The notes beneath the pieces were generated by a model that saw only the letters and a program-made list of their open reading frames with translations, was not told the origin of the DNA and made no database searches. Positions 28,268 through 39,200 of a stretch of DNA of 64,000 bases are shown here, in pieces. Numbering within the stretch: the stretch's first letter is position 1; each line of letters begins with the position of its first letter. The DNA lies in the NCBI GenBank assembly GCA_019057815.1, contig JAHLWR010000004.1, positions 32,001 through 96,000 on the forward strand, in the 5' to 3' direction. Source of the DNA: Candidatus Heimdallarchaeota archaeon. Its GTDB lineage: Archaea > Asgardarchaeota > Heimdallarchaeia > Heimdallarchaeales > Heimdallarchaeaceae. The position numbers and the translations under genes were made by a program.

Positions 28268-29293
28268 TTAGTATTTCAGCATTCTGATTACTGCTTTATG
28301 TGCTCTCCTTCTAATATTTTCATCCAATGTGATATAATTCTCTTCTTTGGGATTTTCAAGAGCTTGAAGTATAGATACTAAGTCGTTTTCTTTCATGTTT
28401 GGACAGATCATATTACTGTCTACGAGATTTAAATGAGGATATTCAACTTTCATTCTGTCAATAAATCCTTGCTCAGTTAGAAAGAGTATTTTTTTGGATG
28501 AGGGTGCTTCATTCAAAAATCTGTGCATATCTCCTGTTCCACCTGTTTTAGTTGAGGATTTTACAATCTCAGGTCTGCATTCCAAATGTGAAAAAGAGAT
28601 AACTTCGTTATCATTAAGTTCTTGTTCAAATTTTCTAGGTGATATTGCGTGATGAGTCCTACAATATCCTTCCCAAGTTATTACTTTTTTACCTGTTATT
28701 CTAGCCAAATTCTCCCCCATGTTTTTGTCAGGTAAGTAAATTATTGTATCACTCTCTAATGATTCAATTATTTTTTTTGCATTGGTTGATGTGCAACAAA
28801 TATCTGATTCTGCTTTTACATCTGCTGTTGTATTAACATAGCAAACTATAGGGACTCCAGGATATTCTAGTTTGAGCTTTTTAACATTCTCACCGGTTAT
28901 AGAATCAGCAAGAGTGCATCCAACTCCTCTTGTAGGAACTAAAACGGTCTTTTGAGGGCTCAGAATCTTGACTGTTTCAGCCATAAAATCTACACCAGTA
29001 AAAAGAATAGTGTTTTCCTCAACTTCTGTTGCTTTCTTTGATAATCCTAAAGAGTCTCCAACAATATCTGCAACTCCAAAAAGAATATCTGCGGTTTGAT
29101 AGGAATGGGCTAAAATCTTAACGCCCTTTTCCTTTTTTAACTTGTTAATCTTTAGTGTAATTGGAGCAAGTTTCTCGCAAACCTGTTTACTCCAGCCTAA
29201 GAGACTTAATTTTGAATAGAGACGATCAGATTCTTGTCTAAGTTTCTCAGAGAAACATTGTTGTTGTGATGTAGCTTTTTCCGCAATGAGCAT
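28268..29293 (-). CDS. nadA: Quinolinate synthase
   Basis: LAHSYQ, GDSLGLS, GVDFMAET, GCTLA, YVNT, WEGYCRTH, HLEC and CPNM. Confidence 0.95.
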   Translation of the reverse strand: MLIAEKATSQQQCFSEKLRQESDRLYSKLSLLGWSKQVCEKLAPITLKINKLKKEKGVKILAHSYQTADILFGVADIVGDSLGLSKKATEVEENTILFTGVDFMAETVKILSPQKTVLVPTRGVGCTLADSITGENVKKLKLEYPGVPIVCYVNTTADVKAESDICCTSTNAKKIIESLESDTIIYLPDKNMGENLARITGKKVITWEGYCRTHHAISPRKFEQELNDNEVISFSHLECRPEIVKSSTKTGGTGDMHRFLNEAPSSKKILFLTEQGFIDRMKVEYPHLNLVDSNMICPNMKENDLVSILQALENPKEENYITLDENIRRRAHKAVIRMLKY

Positions 29294-29483
29294 TTGATCT
29301 CGGTTTATCTATCTTCTACAGTATTTAAAGAAAGTTCGATATGGGAAAGAAAGGGAGAGTATATTCCTTAAAACCCATTCCAATTGACTAGAACTGAATA
29401 ATGCATCTATCACTAAAACTATTTGAAGCAATATTTACCTCTATTATTGTTAGAAATAGCAATACATAAAGGCCTTACGTATG

Positions 29484-29503
29484 TGGGTGTGATATAACAC
29501 TCA
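29484..29503. promoter_or_regulatory. Imperfect palindrome, candidate operator
   Basis: TGGGTGTGATATAACACTCA (8 of 10 pairs complementary) in the nadA / NADK-HTH divergent region. Confidence 0.3.
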
Positions 29504-29631
29504 TTTATATAATTCTGTTTTTTATATGTTTTTTTGAAGGAAATAACTACCTTAAAGCCCAATAGAGAGATGTTGGAAAACTATTTAACCTTATAAATAG
29601 ATATGAGTATAGAATCATTGAGTTATTCAAC

Positions 29632-30681
29632 ATGAAGATAGCATTATACATTACTGAGGATACGAATTATGTTGAACTAGCTAATACTATTAAGAAAACT
29701 ATTTTGGCAATTAATCCAGAAACAATATTGATAGAAATAGCAGATAAGCACTTATCTACTAATAATTGGTTAGAAACGTCAAATTTATTTCCAAAAAATG
29801 ATCTCAAATGCATTATAGCAGTAGGTGATACTGGAACCTTTCTTCGAGCAATATTTCATATGCGTTCCAATATTCCAGTAATAGCAGCTTCAATAGAAAA
29901 GATCAGTTTCTTTACAGAGATAACACCAAACAACTTGTATGAAGCGCTTCAAGCTATATTAACTGATAAGTATTTTATTGATCAGTATAATAGAATTGAG
30001 ATTAGAGATCCAAGAAGTAAGATTGCTTTTTCAGCATTAAACGAGATAGCTATATTCCCTAATGAATCAGCTCGTTTAATGAACTATACTTTAGTAATCG
30101 ATGATGATGTGCTTTACAGGTCTTGTAGAGCTGATGGTCTAATAGTATCAACAGCTTTAGGGAGCACAGGATATGCATTATCTTCAGGGGGGCCAATAGC
30201 GTATGGTGATCCAGAAATATTAATTGTAATTCCAGTAAATCCACTCGATAAAGATCATAGTCCTGTTGTTGTACCAATAAATTCAGTAATTAAAATAATT
30301 AATGTTGAAGCACGTTCATCGCTAGGTTTGATTCTAGATGGACAATTAAGGATCCCAATAGAAGAAGAAGTAAGTATAAGAAAATCGAACATTTCTGTAG
30401 GAATAGTAAGATTTGAATCGAAAAGAAATCTAATGGCTAGACTCAGAAAAAGGCTAGTAGAACAGGATTTACGCCTTCTAGAAGGTGTTCCGCCATCAGC
30501 TAAATATATTTTTAAACTACTTTTAACAGAAGGAGAGATGACACAAAAGGAATTAATCGAGAGTACGGGATTACCAAATAGAACAGTACGAAATGCACTA
30601 AGAATACTGAAGGAAAAAGGGGTTATAATGCAAAGAGCTTATTTGAAAGACGCTCGTCAATCGATTTATTTTGTATCATGA
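29632..30681 (+). CDS. NAD kinase-like domain fused to a C-terminal winged HTH
   Basis: ALNE, DGLIVSTALGSTGYALSSGGP and LDGQ. C-terminal PPSAKYIF...MTQKELIESTGLPNRTVRNALRILKEKG...DARQSIY. GGDG is replaced by GDTG. Confidence 0.85.
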   Translation: MKIALYITEDTNYVELANTIKKTILAINPETILIEIADKHLSTNNWLETSNLFPKNDLKCIIAVGDTGTFLRAIFHMRSNIPVIAASIEKISFFTEITPNNLYEALQAILTDKYFIDQYNRIEIRDPRSKIAFSALNEIAIFPNESARLMNYTLVIDDDVLYRSCRADGLIVSTALGSTGYALSSGGPIAYGDPEILIVIPVNPLDKDHSPVVVPINSVIKIINVEARSSLGLILDGQLRIPIEEEVSIRKSNISVGIVRFESKRNLMARLRKRLVEQDLRLLEGVPPSAKYIFKLLLTEGEMTQKELIESTGLPNRTVRNALRILKEKGVIMQRAYLKDARQSIYFVS

Positions 30682-30904
30682 GTTCATTTAAGTAAAAAAG
30701 TAAAAAAAGTGATTTAGTATTTCTAGAACTATACTAAAAAGGTGGAAAAGAAACCATCTAGATCTTCTTTGATATAATACTTATATAAGTCGATGTTTGA
30801 TTCTCACGAAAATTTTTCTGCATTCAACAAGATAGAATTTATTTTAAAACAAAACCATTGTGGCTAAGAGTATATAAGAATAAAAAAGAAGGAATAGCTG
30901 TTAC

Positions 30905-32908
30905 TTATTCTATTTTTAGTCTTTTTCGAGAGAGTAATATTAGGAGTAGCAAAGGAACTACTACTATTAATAGAGTAAATGTGAAAAATATTTGAGTTTC
31001 ATCTGTAGAATATTCGACAGGTTCGTCAAGAGGGTAAAGATCGAATGAACTTGCAGAACCATAAATAGAATAATTACCTATCCCTGACCAATCTGACCAA
31101 AAATTGCCTTCTGAAGTTTCAGTATCATACCATGTATTGTTTGTTCCAGAATCATGTGCTTGGGAAGTTCTTCCTAGATTATTGTCTACAAAGGTATTAT
31201 GGTGAATGATGTTATTATCAGAATCAGACAAGGAGTCGACACCATAGCGTTCATTTTCTTGTAGAAGATTGTAAGTAACGACACAAAAATCAGAAGACGC
31301 AAGAAAGATGCCATATCTGTTATTATTGCAACTGTTGTTTAAAATAGTGGAACTCCCAGAATAGTGAAGCTTGATGCCTATGTAGTTGTTGTTACACGTG
31401 TTGTTTTCAACCTTCGCACTCCCAGAAGAGTAAAGAGAGATGCCGTTCCAGTAGTTGTTGTTGCATGTGTTGTTTACAATAACTGAATATGTACAGTAGT
31501 AGAGAAATAAACCAGTTGTAGCGTGATTTAATATTTGGTCACGTACTGTCACACTAGTACAGTTGACTAACATCAGCTGCCCATAGACTGGTTCAGCAAT
31601 TATTGTAGAGTCAAGGTTTATGTAAAAACCTATTTTTTTCCCATTCACCCAATTATTCTCGACAGTATACGATAGATAAGCATCAATGGTATATTCCCTT
31701 ATCTCTAAGCCACAATTAGTAAAAGTGTTGTTTGCCACAGTAGCTCTACCAGAAAGCCAAAGAGAGATGCCCTCGTCATTGTTGTTGCACGTGTTGTTGA
31801 TGATAGTAGAACTACCAGAATTCTTAAGCCTGATGCCTTTCCAGTTGTTATTGCACATGTTGCTTATCACCGTCACACTCACAGAATCCTCAAGCCAGAT
31901 GCCTTCGTTATTGTTGTTTTCGCACGAGTTGCTTATCACCGTAGAATTACCAGAAGACTCAAGATAGATACCACCGTACCTGTTGTTGCTGCAAGTATTG
32001 TTAACAATAGTGGAATTACCAGAAGACTCAAGATGGATGCTATAGTGGTTATTACTGCATGTATTGTTAATAATAACTGAATATGTACAGTAGTAGAGAA
32101 ATAAACCAGTTGTAGCGTGATTTAATATTTGGTCACGTACTGTCACACTAGTACAGTTGACTAACATCAGCTGCCCATAGACTGGTTCAGCAATTATTGT
32201 AGAGTCAAGGTTTATGTAAAAACCTATTTTTTTCCCATTCACCCAATTATTCTCGACAGTATACGATAAGTAAGCATCAACTGTACTTTCGCTTATATAT
32301 AAACCACAATTAGAAAAAGTGTTGTTTACCACCGTCGAACTCCCAGAATACCTAAGCCAGATGCCATGTCTGTTATTATTGCTACATGTGTTGTTGGTCA
32401 CTGTCGAACTCCCAGAATCCTCAAGCACGATGCCATAATCGCCATTATTGTTGCACGTGTTGTTGGTAACAGTAGAATAATTAGAATCGCGAAACTTGAT
32501 GCCTTCATAGATATTGTTGTTGCACGTGTTGTTAATGATAGTTGCTGTCTTATCAGCTACATTTCTGATACAAATACCATAATATGCGTCAACATAGCAA
32601 TTACGAACAATGAAATATTTAGTTGTAGCTCTAATATAAATACCATAGCGACTAGTTGTTGTGATCTTGTAACCATCAATAAGATAAGGGTTCTCAACTG
32701 TTCCTGTTCCGGGAAAAACCAAAAAATCACTATCAGAAGTAATGGATATAGGATCATGTGGTGTTAATGAGGAGTAAGTTGGTGGGTTGTAAGAAACAGT
32801 TGTAGAACTTACTCTTATACCAGAGAATATACTTATTCCAACAATTAATAGTGAAACACATAAAACTCCTCTAATTGAGACTTTAGATTGTTTTGATGAC
32901 CTTTTCAT
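30905..32908 (-). CDS. Membrane-anchored right-handed parallel beta-helix (NosD/PbH1) surface protein
   Basis: Signal peptide, many NNTCNNNxxGIxLxxS coils, the GNFWSDW...DLYPL cap and a C-terminal TM with basic tail. ATG at 32908. Confidence 0.9.
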   Translation of the reverse strand: MKRSSKQSKVSIRGVLCVSLLIVGISIFSGIRVSSTTVSYNPPTYSSLTPHDPISITSDSDFLVFPGTGTVENPYLIDGYKITTTSRYGIYIRATTKYFIVRNCYVDAYYGICIRNVADKTATIINNTCNNNIYEGIKFRDSNYSTVTNNTCNNNGDYGIVLEDSGSSTVTNNTCSNNNRHGIWLRYSGSSTVVNNTFSNCGLYISESTVDAYLSYTVENNWVNGKKIGFYINLDSTIIAEPVYGQLMLVNCTSVTVRDQILNHATTGLFLYYCTYSVIINNTCSNNHYSIHLESSGNSTIVNNTCSNNRYGGIYLESSGNSTVISNSCENNNNEGIWLEDSVSVTVISNMCNNNWKGIRLKNSGSSTIINNTCNNNDEGISLWLSGRATVANNTFTNCGLEIREYTIDAYLSYTVENNWVNGKKIGFYINLDSTIIAEPVYGQLMLVNCTSVTVRDQILNHATTGLFLYYCTYSVIVNNTCNNNYWNGISLYSSGSAKVENNTCNNNYIGIKLHYSGSSTILNNSCNNNRYGIFLASSDFCVVTYNLLQENERYGVDSLSDSDNNIIHHNTFVDNNLGRTSQAHDSGTNNTWYDTETSEGNFWSDWSGIGNYSIYGSASSFDLYPLDEPVEYSTDETQIFFTFTLLIVVVPLLLLILLSRKRLKIE
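31478..32268. repeat. Exact 197-bp intragenic direct repeat (31478-31674 = 32072-32268)
   Basis: Base-by-base comparison; the 594-bp offset is in frame. Confidence 0.9.
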
Positions 32909-33236
32909 AGTTTCACCTATCAAGATAATAAAATCATGTTATATTATATTTTATGAATTTTAACTCTTTCGCTCTGGAAATGACACTTCCTTTTCTCTCA
33001 ACTTACTAAAATAAAGTCGAAGTTTTAAAACTATAAAATTGTATTTAAAGAAAGTATAATTTTCATACTGAATCTCAGCTACTAGAGAATTGGTTTCTGT
33101 AAATCAGATTTTTTCTTATTTGCGTTCGAATTTTTCGTAAGTAGCTTTAAATATGATAAGCCATTCTTGTTTTTTTGGGAAAAGACTTAGATAAGTATCA
33201 AAATGTATTTGTCTATAGTAAAAAGAGTCGCGAGAA

Positions 33237-36200
33237 GTGAATAGAATGATATGTAAAAAGAAAATTATGGCAGTTTTAGCTGTTTTTTTGTTAATGTTGA
33301 ATATTTCGACAGTTTATACTAGTGCGCACGCAGTAAGCAATCAAACTGAATTTTTGTTATATGCTAATCCTGGAGATATGTTGACTAAAAAAATTGGGAT
33401 AATATATGATCCTTTTAACCAAATAACAGAAGAAGTTGCAAAATCGATTTATGAAACTATAGATGTATTCTACTCTAAAGTAGAGCTAGTTCAAGTTTTC
33501 AATCATAATTCATTTGTAGAAGCGTTTTACACAGATTATTGGATTATGATTTATGTCTTTCACTCATCTCTAGAAGGAATAGAATATGGAGGTTGGACTC
33601 TATCATGGAAAGATTTGTCATGGTATTATGATGCTTATTCTGAACGCAAGCACATAGGAGTTTTTGGTAACGCATACCAATTACCAAATTATGAAATTGC
33701 TGAAAACTGCTATTTTGAGAAAGTAGAAGTATTAGAAGCACGTTTAGGATATTTACATGCAGTATGGTCACTTTCAGAGATTTTTTCACAAGAAGCTGAT
33801 CCACTTTATAGAGAGATAGGAGACAGATTCAAGCTTGTAGCGGTGAAATACTTTGGTGATGAAATGGAATCTTTAATTCAATCAGAAATTGATCCAAAAT
33901 ATGGTTTAGGAGAAGTTGACCCTGCAAAAGCAAAAGCAAGGCTTGAAGACAGTCTGAAAGACCATCCTACAAGGCTAAACAAAGTTCACCCAATTACTGG
34001 AGAATTATTAGATCCAACCAAAAAGATTGATGGTTTTAATCCTGTTATAGATATTACACCTGAGCTTCAAGTAGATCCTGGAGATGTAGTTCTTGGTGAC
34101 TTTCCAGACTTATCTTCTATTACTGGAGCAGCAGGTGATGTAATAAATATCATTTTAGGTATCATAGGTGTTGAAATCCCTGATGGCGTTATCACAATGG
34201 CAGGAAGCTACGCTAGTGAAATATCAAATATAATCAAACAAATTCCTAAAGTTATAGGGCTTATTAGGGATCCTAGTGCAAGCACAGCTATTGAAATATT
34301 TCTGGACATATTGGAATCAGCTTTTCCCTCTTTAATTCAATATAAACCATTCTTTGAGATCGCGGCTCAAGCAATTTTTGCAGTTAGAGAAGGTCCAACA
34401 GCTTTACTAGGATTAGTAGATGATTTGTTACTATTCATTGTTCCTGAAAGCGCAAGGGATTTCGTTGAAACAGCAACAGATGCACTAAACCTTACTCAAG
34501 ACTTCTTTGATGAATTAGTGAACCATGAAAACAAAGGTTCTTTCATCATGAGTTATCTGAATAAGCAACTTATGTATACTCTCATAGAAACAGCTATTGA
34601 GACGCTGGGAATTGGAGACGTTCAAGAAACAACCTCTATGATAACCCAGATGATTCAAGTAGGAATCGACCTGATATCTAATAAGAACATAACTCATATC
34701 GTTACAGATGTTCTTCCTACTTTAGTAAAAAGTCTTCTAGGTGGGTCACTTGATTCAACAGGTGAGAAGATACTTGATATAATCACATCAGCATTAGGAA
34801 TGGGACTAGGAGCAGCTGGTGTCATTGATTTAGATTTTAAGGATGGCTTTATTAACATTCTAAAGGCTATATGGCCAGATATCAATGAAAAAGCTCCTGA
34901 AATTAAGGGAAAAATTGATGAAGTTATTGATATAGTAAAGCAAATAGTAGAAGGAGAAACATCATTACCCAGTTTTACTACGGTTAAAAATCAAATAGTT
35001 GGAATCTTAACAAATGTAGATTCATATTCATCCCTATTTGATTTAAATGAGAATCAAAAACAAGTTGTTGGAGAAGCTATAACTCTTGTCTTAGGACTTC
35101 TCAACGGAAACTTCGACACATCAGGTTCTAATTTTATCTCAGTAGTGGATGGTATTTTGGATCATTTCACTGGTTTTGATACAGGAGTAAAAGAAATCAT
35201 AACTAAGACTCTTGAACTAACGTCATCATTAATCGCTTTTATTTCCGATATTGATGGATTTAAAACATATGTTAAAGGATCAGTCACTAATTTCCTATCA
35301 GATTATGACAATGTAGGTAAATTAATATCAACTGTTGTTGGAGCAGTTCTAGATGATCATGGACCTGATCCTCAAGTTTTACAACAGATTGGAAATGTCG
35401 TAGGATTAATTATTAATCTAATAAAAGACGGAGCAGACTTTTCTGTACAAAACATTATACAAGCAATCGTTGGTGTAGCGAGTGCAGCATTAACTAAACT
35501 TGATGTCAATATACCTTTTTCAGTCATTGAAAATATTTTCAACTTAATGTTTTCTGGTTTACCGGAATTTGACAATGTGCAAGATGTTGTTAACACCATT
35601 ATGGATGTAATAGAACCGTTAGTTCCAAGTGAAATTAAAGATATTATTGATACTGTTCTAACGTTTTTAGGTTCATCTAGGCAGTTATATACAGATAGTT
35701 TGAAATGGATCATTAACCAGTTAGTAGGCTTTGTAGCAGGGAAGATAGCAGATTTGCTGAATACACTTACAAACAAACTGAACGAATTCGTTGAATCAAT
35801 TGGAGATTTAGTGAGCTATGATGCAGATTTCAATGTGGAATTTGGAGGTTTCTCAGCCTTTACAATGAATGTATTTTTCTCCTTATCTCCAGGATTTTCG
35901 ATAAATAGTGATGCAATACAAGAACTAATAACAGATTTAGTTTTCCAGGGATCAGATGCTTTAAGTGGAGATAACCTAGGTAAACTTTTCAAAACAATAT
36001 TAAAATCGGTTTCAATTATACCGTTGTTCAAAGCAGGAGTAACAGTAAGCTCTGGAAATTCTGGAAAGAATGATTTAATGAAGACGCTGCTGGATATGCT
36101 AGGTCTTGAACTATCGTTTTCTGGGTCAGCAGGACTAACTTTACAATTGCTGAAAATAGAGAGTGGTAGAATAAGTACGAGTGATTTCTTCAAAGTTATA

Positions 36201-39200
36201 GAGTTCTTCTTCAGATTTGAAATAACTGTGTCAAAGAAAATTCCACTATTAGAGTTCTTAGGGCCTGGAGGATCTGCTCTAGCGAAAGTAGCAGAATTCT
36301 TAGGTTTAGGAGGAATATATCTTGTTATATCATTCTTCCTGAGTGTAGAAATCGTAAGAAGAGTAGAGACTACGTTTCAAGAAGCTGCGGATATTCTAAC
36401 TGTTATTATAGGTTTGAGTGTCATGATAGTAATAGATATCAATCTAGTGATAGTAGGAATTAAGATTACTTTAGGTTTTGTAGTAACGTTATCATTTATT
36501 CAAGATTTCGCGGCAGGGGCGCCGTTACAAGTGATTCTTGAAATCTCTTTCATAGTGACAGTGAAACTAACGTTCTTATTCTTAAGTTGGGGTAAGACTG
36601 TAGAATGGGGACCAAACCCAATTTATCTAGCAGGAGGACAAGATGATCCGGAAACGAAGGATGAGATGATGGGAGTCGACTCGGACGGGGACGGGCTTCC
36701 TGATTCATATGAAATAATGGTACCAGGTTTAAGACCAGATTTAGCTGATTCAGACGGTGATGGACTAACTGATAAATTTGAAATCAAGCATACAGGTACA
36801 AATCCAATACTTGCAGATACGGATGGAGATGGCTTAGATGACGGTTTTGAGCATTCTGTCTGTAAAACTAATCCTCTAGCACCTGATTCAGATTATGATG
36901 GATTGGATGATTATCAAGAAGTAGTTATTATAGGAACAGACCCTAATAATATCGATACAGACGGAGATGGTCTAGATGACTATTATGAAGTAAATACCAA
37001 GTGGAATATGACTGGAATAACAAGGAGTGTACATTCTGTTACTATTGGAGGAGTGGAATATTTCGATCATACAGATCCTCTAGTCGCTGATACAGATCAA
37101 GATGGGCTGTTAGACGGTCAAGAAGGACCATTTGGAGGATATTATGGTCCTGAACTTTATAGTGATGATTTCCCAGACCAACCTCCAATATTCTTCAACG
37201 AAGGATATACTCATCCACTAGACAATGATACAGATGATGATAGTTACCAGCAACTATGCAATGGAACAATTTCACCTTTACGCATGTATTTGATAGATAT
37301 GACAGATAGAGTTGAAATCGAAGGACAATGGGTAATATTCTTGGAAGATGATGAACTAATCCCAAGATTAGTAAGAACCAACCCCACTAACCCAGATTCT
37401 GATGGTGATACGGGAATACAAAGTCCAGATTGGAGAGGAGATGCATGTCCACCGCACTGGTTCCTGAGGTCAGATGGTTACGAATTGTGGCTAGACCCCC
37501 CAACAGACCCGAATGATGGAGATTCAGACGATGATGGTCTTATTGATGGATTGGAAGGATACGGTAACCCCGAAACTAATCATACTGATCCAAACAACCC
37601 AGATACAGACGGAGATGGTCTAGGGGACCTTCAAGAAATAATTCTAGGAACTGATCCACTAAATCCAGATTCTGACGGAGATGGGGTACTTGATGGAGAT
37701 GAATTCTTCAAGTATGGAACTAATCCTGCTTGGGAAGACACTGATTTTGATGGATTATTAGACGGAGAAGAACTCTTTCTCTATCACACAAACCCTCTAG
37801 ACCCGGACTCCGACGGGGACGGGTTGACAGACGGTTTAGAAGTGCTGTATTATGACACCGACCCTATGGATGAAGATCAAGATAATGACGGTCTGACAGA
37901 TTGGGAGGAGTTATTTGTCTTCTATACGTCACCGCGTATGTATGATACAGATGGAGACGGTCTTTCCGATTATGAGGAAGTCGCTATTTATTTGACCGAT
38001 CCCCTAAAATGGGATAGTGATAATGACACTATTTGGTATCTAAACGAATTTGGTGAATATACTTTTGAAATGTCAGATGGTCAAGAAGTGAAACTTTATG
38101 GTACTAACCCCCTATCCTCTGATACTGATGGTGATGGTATTTATGATAGTTATGAACTCTATTTAGGTTCAGGGTTAATTCCTGATTTTGAACCTGTACT
38201 TCTTGATCCGAATTCAAACGATACGGACTCAGATGGAATTATTGACTTCCACGAATACCAAATTACAAATGTGTCAAACATAATCCATCCTTACATTAGT
38301 TTCGTTATCATTACACCTTTTAACACCTCAGTTGTAAATCCTGATACGGACGGAGACGGGTTACTGGACGGTGAAGAGCTTTATGGTTACGAAGTTGGAT
38401 ATTCTAGACCTTGGGTTTCAAGCAATTTAGTACGTAGCCTTCCTAATAATAACGATTCAGATGGAGATGGTTTGACTGATTATGAGGAGATAGTGGTGTT
38501 TGAAACAGATCCGAATACAGATGACACAGATGGCGATTTTCTTTCTGATTATGATGAAGTTAAGACATTTGTTTATCCTCAACATCATGATTACAATGGT
38601 GATCCAGGTGTTGCTTTAGATCCATTTAATCCCGATGTAGATGGTGATATGTTACCGGATGGATCAGAAATCTTACTTTACGGATCAGATCCGACGATTG
38701 CTGATGAAGATGATAATGGTGTTTTAGATGGTTACGAAAAAGACTTTGATTTTGATGGTTTAGAAGATGGTTACGAGTTCTTCAAATATAAGACTTGGGC
38801 TATTGCTGGTGGAGGAGTTACTCAAGCAGATTCTGATCGAGATGGTCTTTCAGATGGTCAAGAAGTCTATATGTTTGGAACCAATTGTACTTATTGGGAT
38901 ACAGACAATGACACCTATTCTGACGGGCTTGAAGTGATGTTGGGACTTGATCCATTAACATTTACAACCTTTGAGGAATTTCAAGCAGCAATGGATGTTA
39001 TAGAACGTGGTATTGTGGTTATCTCACCAATACAAGGCGGAGTTTATGCTGAAGGTAATCATACTTTCATTGTCTACAATGGTTCTGAAGTCTTAGATAT
39101 CACTTATCAATTAAACAAAGATGATGAGGGATTTGAAGAAAACTATACAATGTCTTTCACTACCGAAACAGGAACTTGGATGAGTGGAACCTACTATACT

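Larger units (their letters stand above)
30760..32947 (-). repeat. Left copy of an inverted paralogous unit of about 2.1 kb (promoter region, beta-helix gene, conserved 3' non-coding segment)
   Basis: Exact reverse-complement blocks with 48420-50477: 30760-30774/50463-50477, 30806-30827/50407-50428, 30846-30863/50370-50387 and 32928-32947/48420-48439. Confidence 0.85.

Noticed and set aside
36680-38950. Periodic GAY-rich repeats as a CRISPR array or DNA tandem repeat
   Set aside because: They are degenerate, in-frame protein repeats (DxDxDG) with synonymous variation. There is no fixed repeat-spacer structure and no cas genes.
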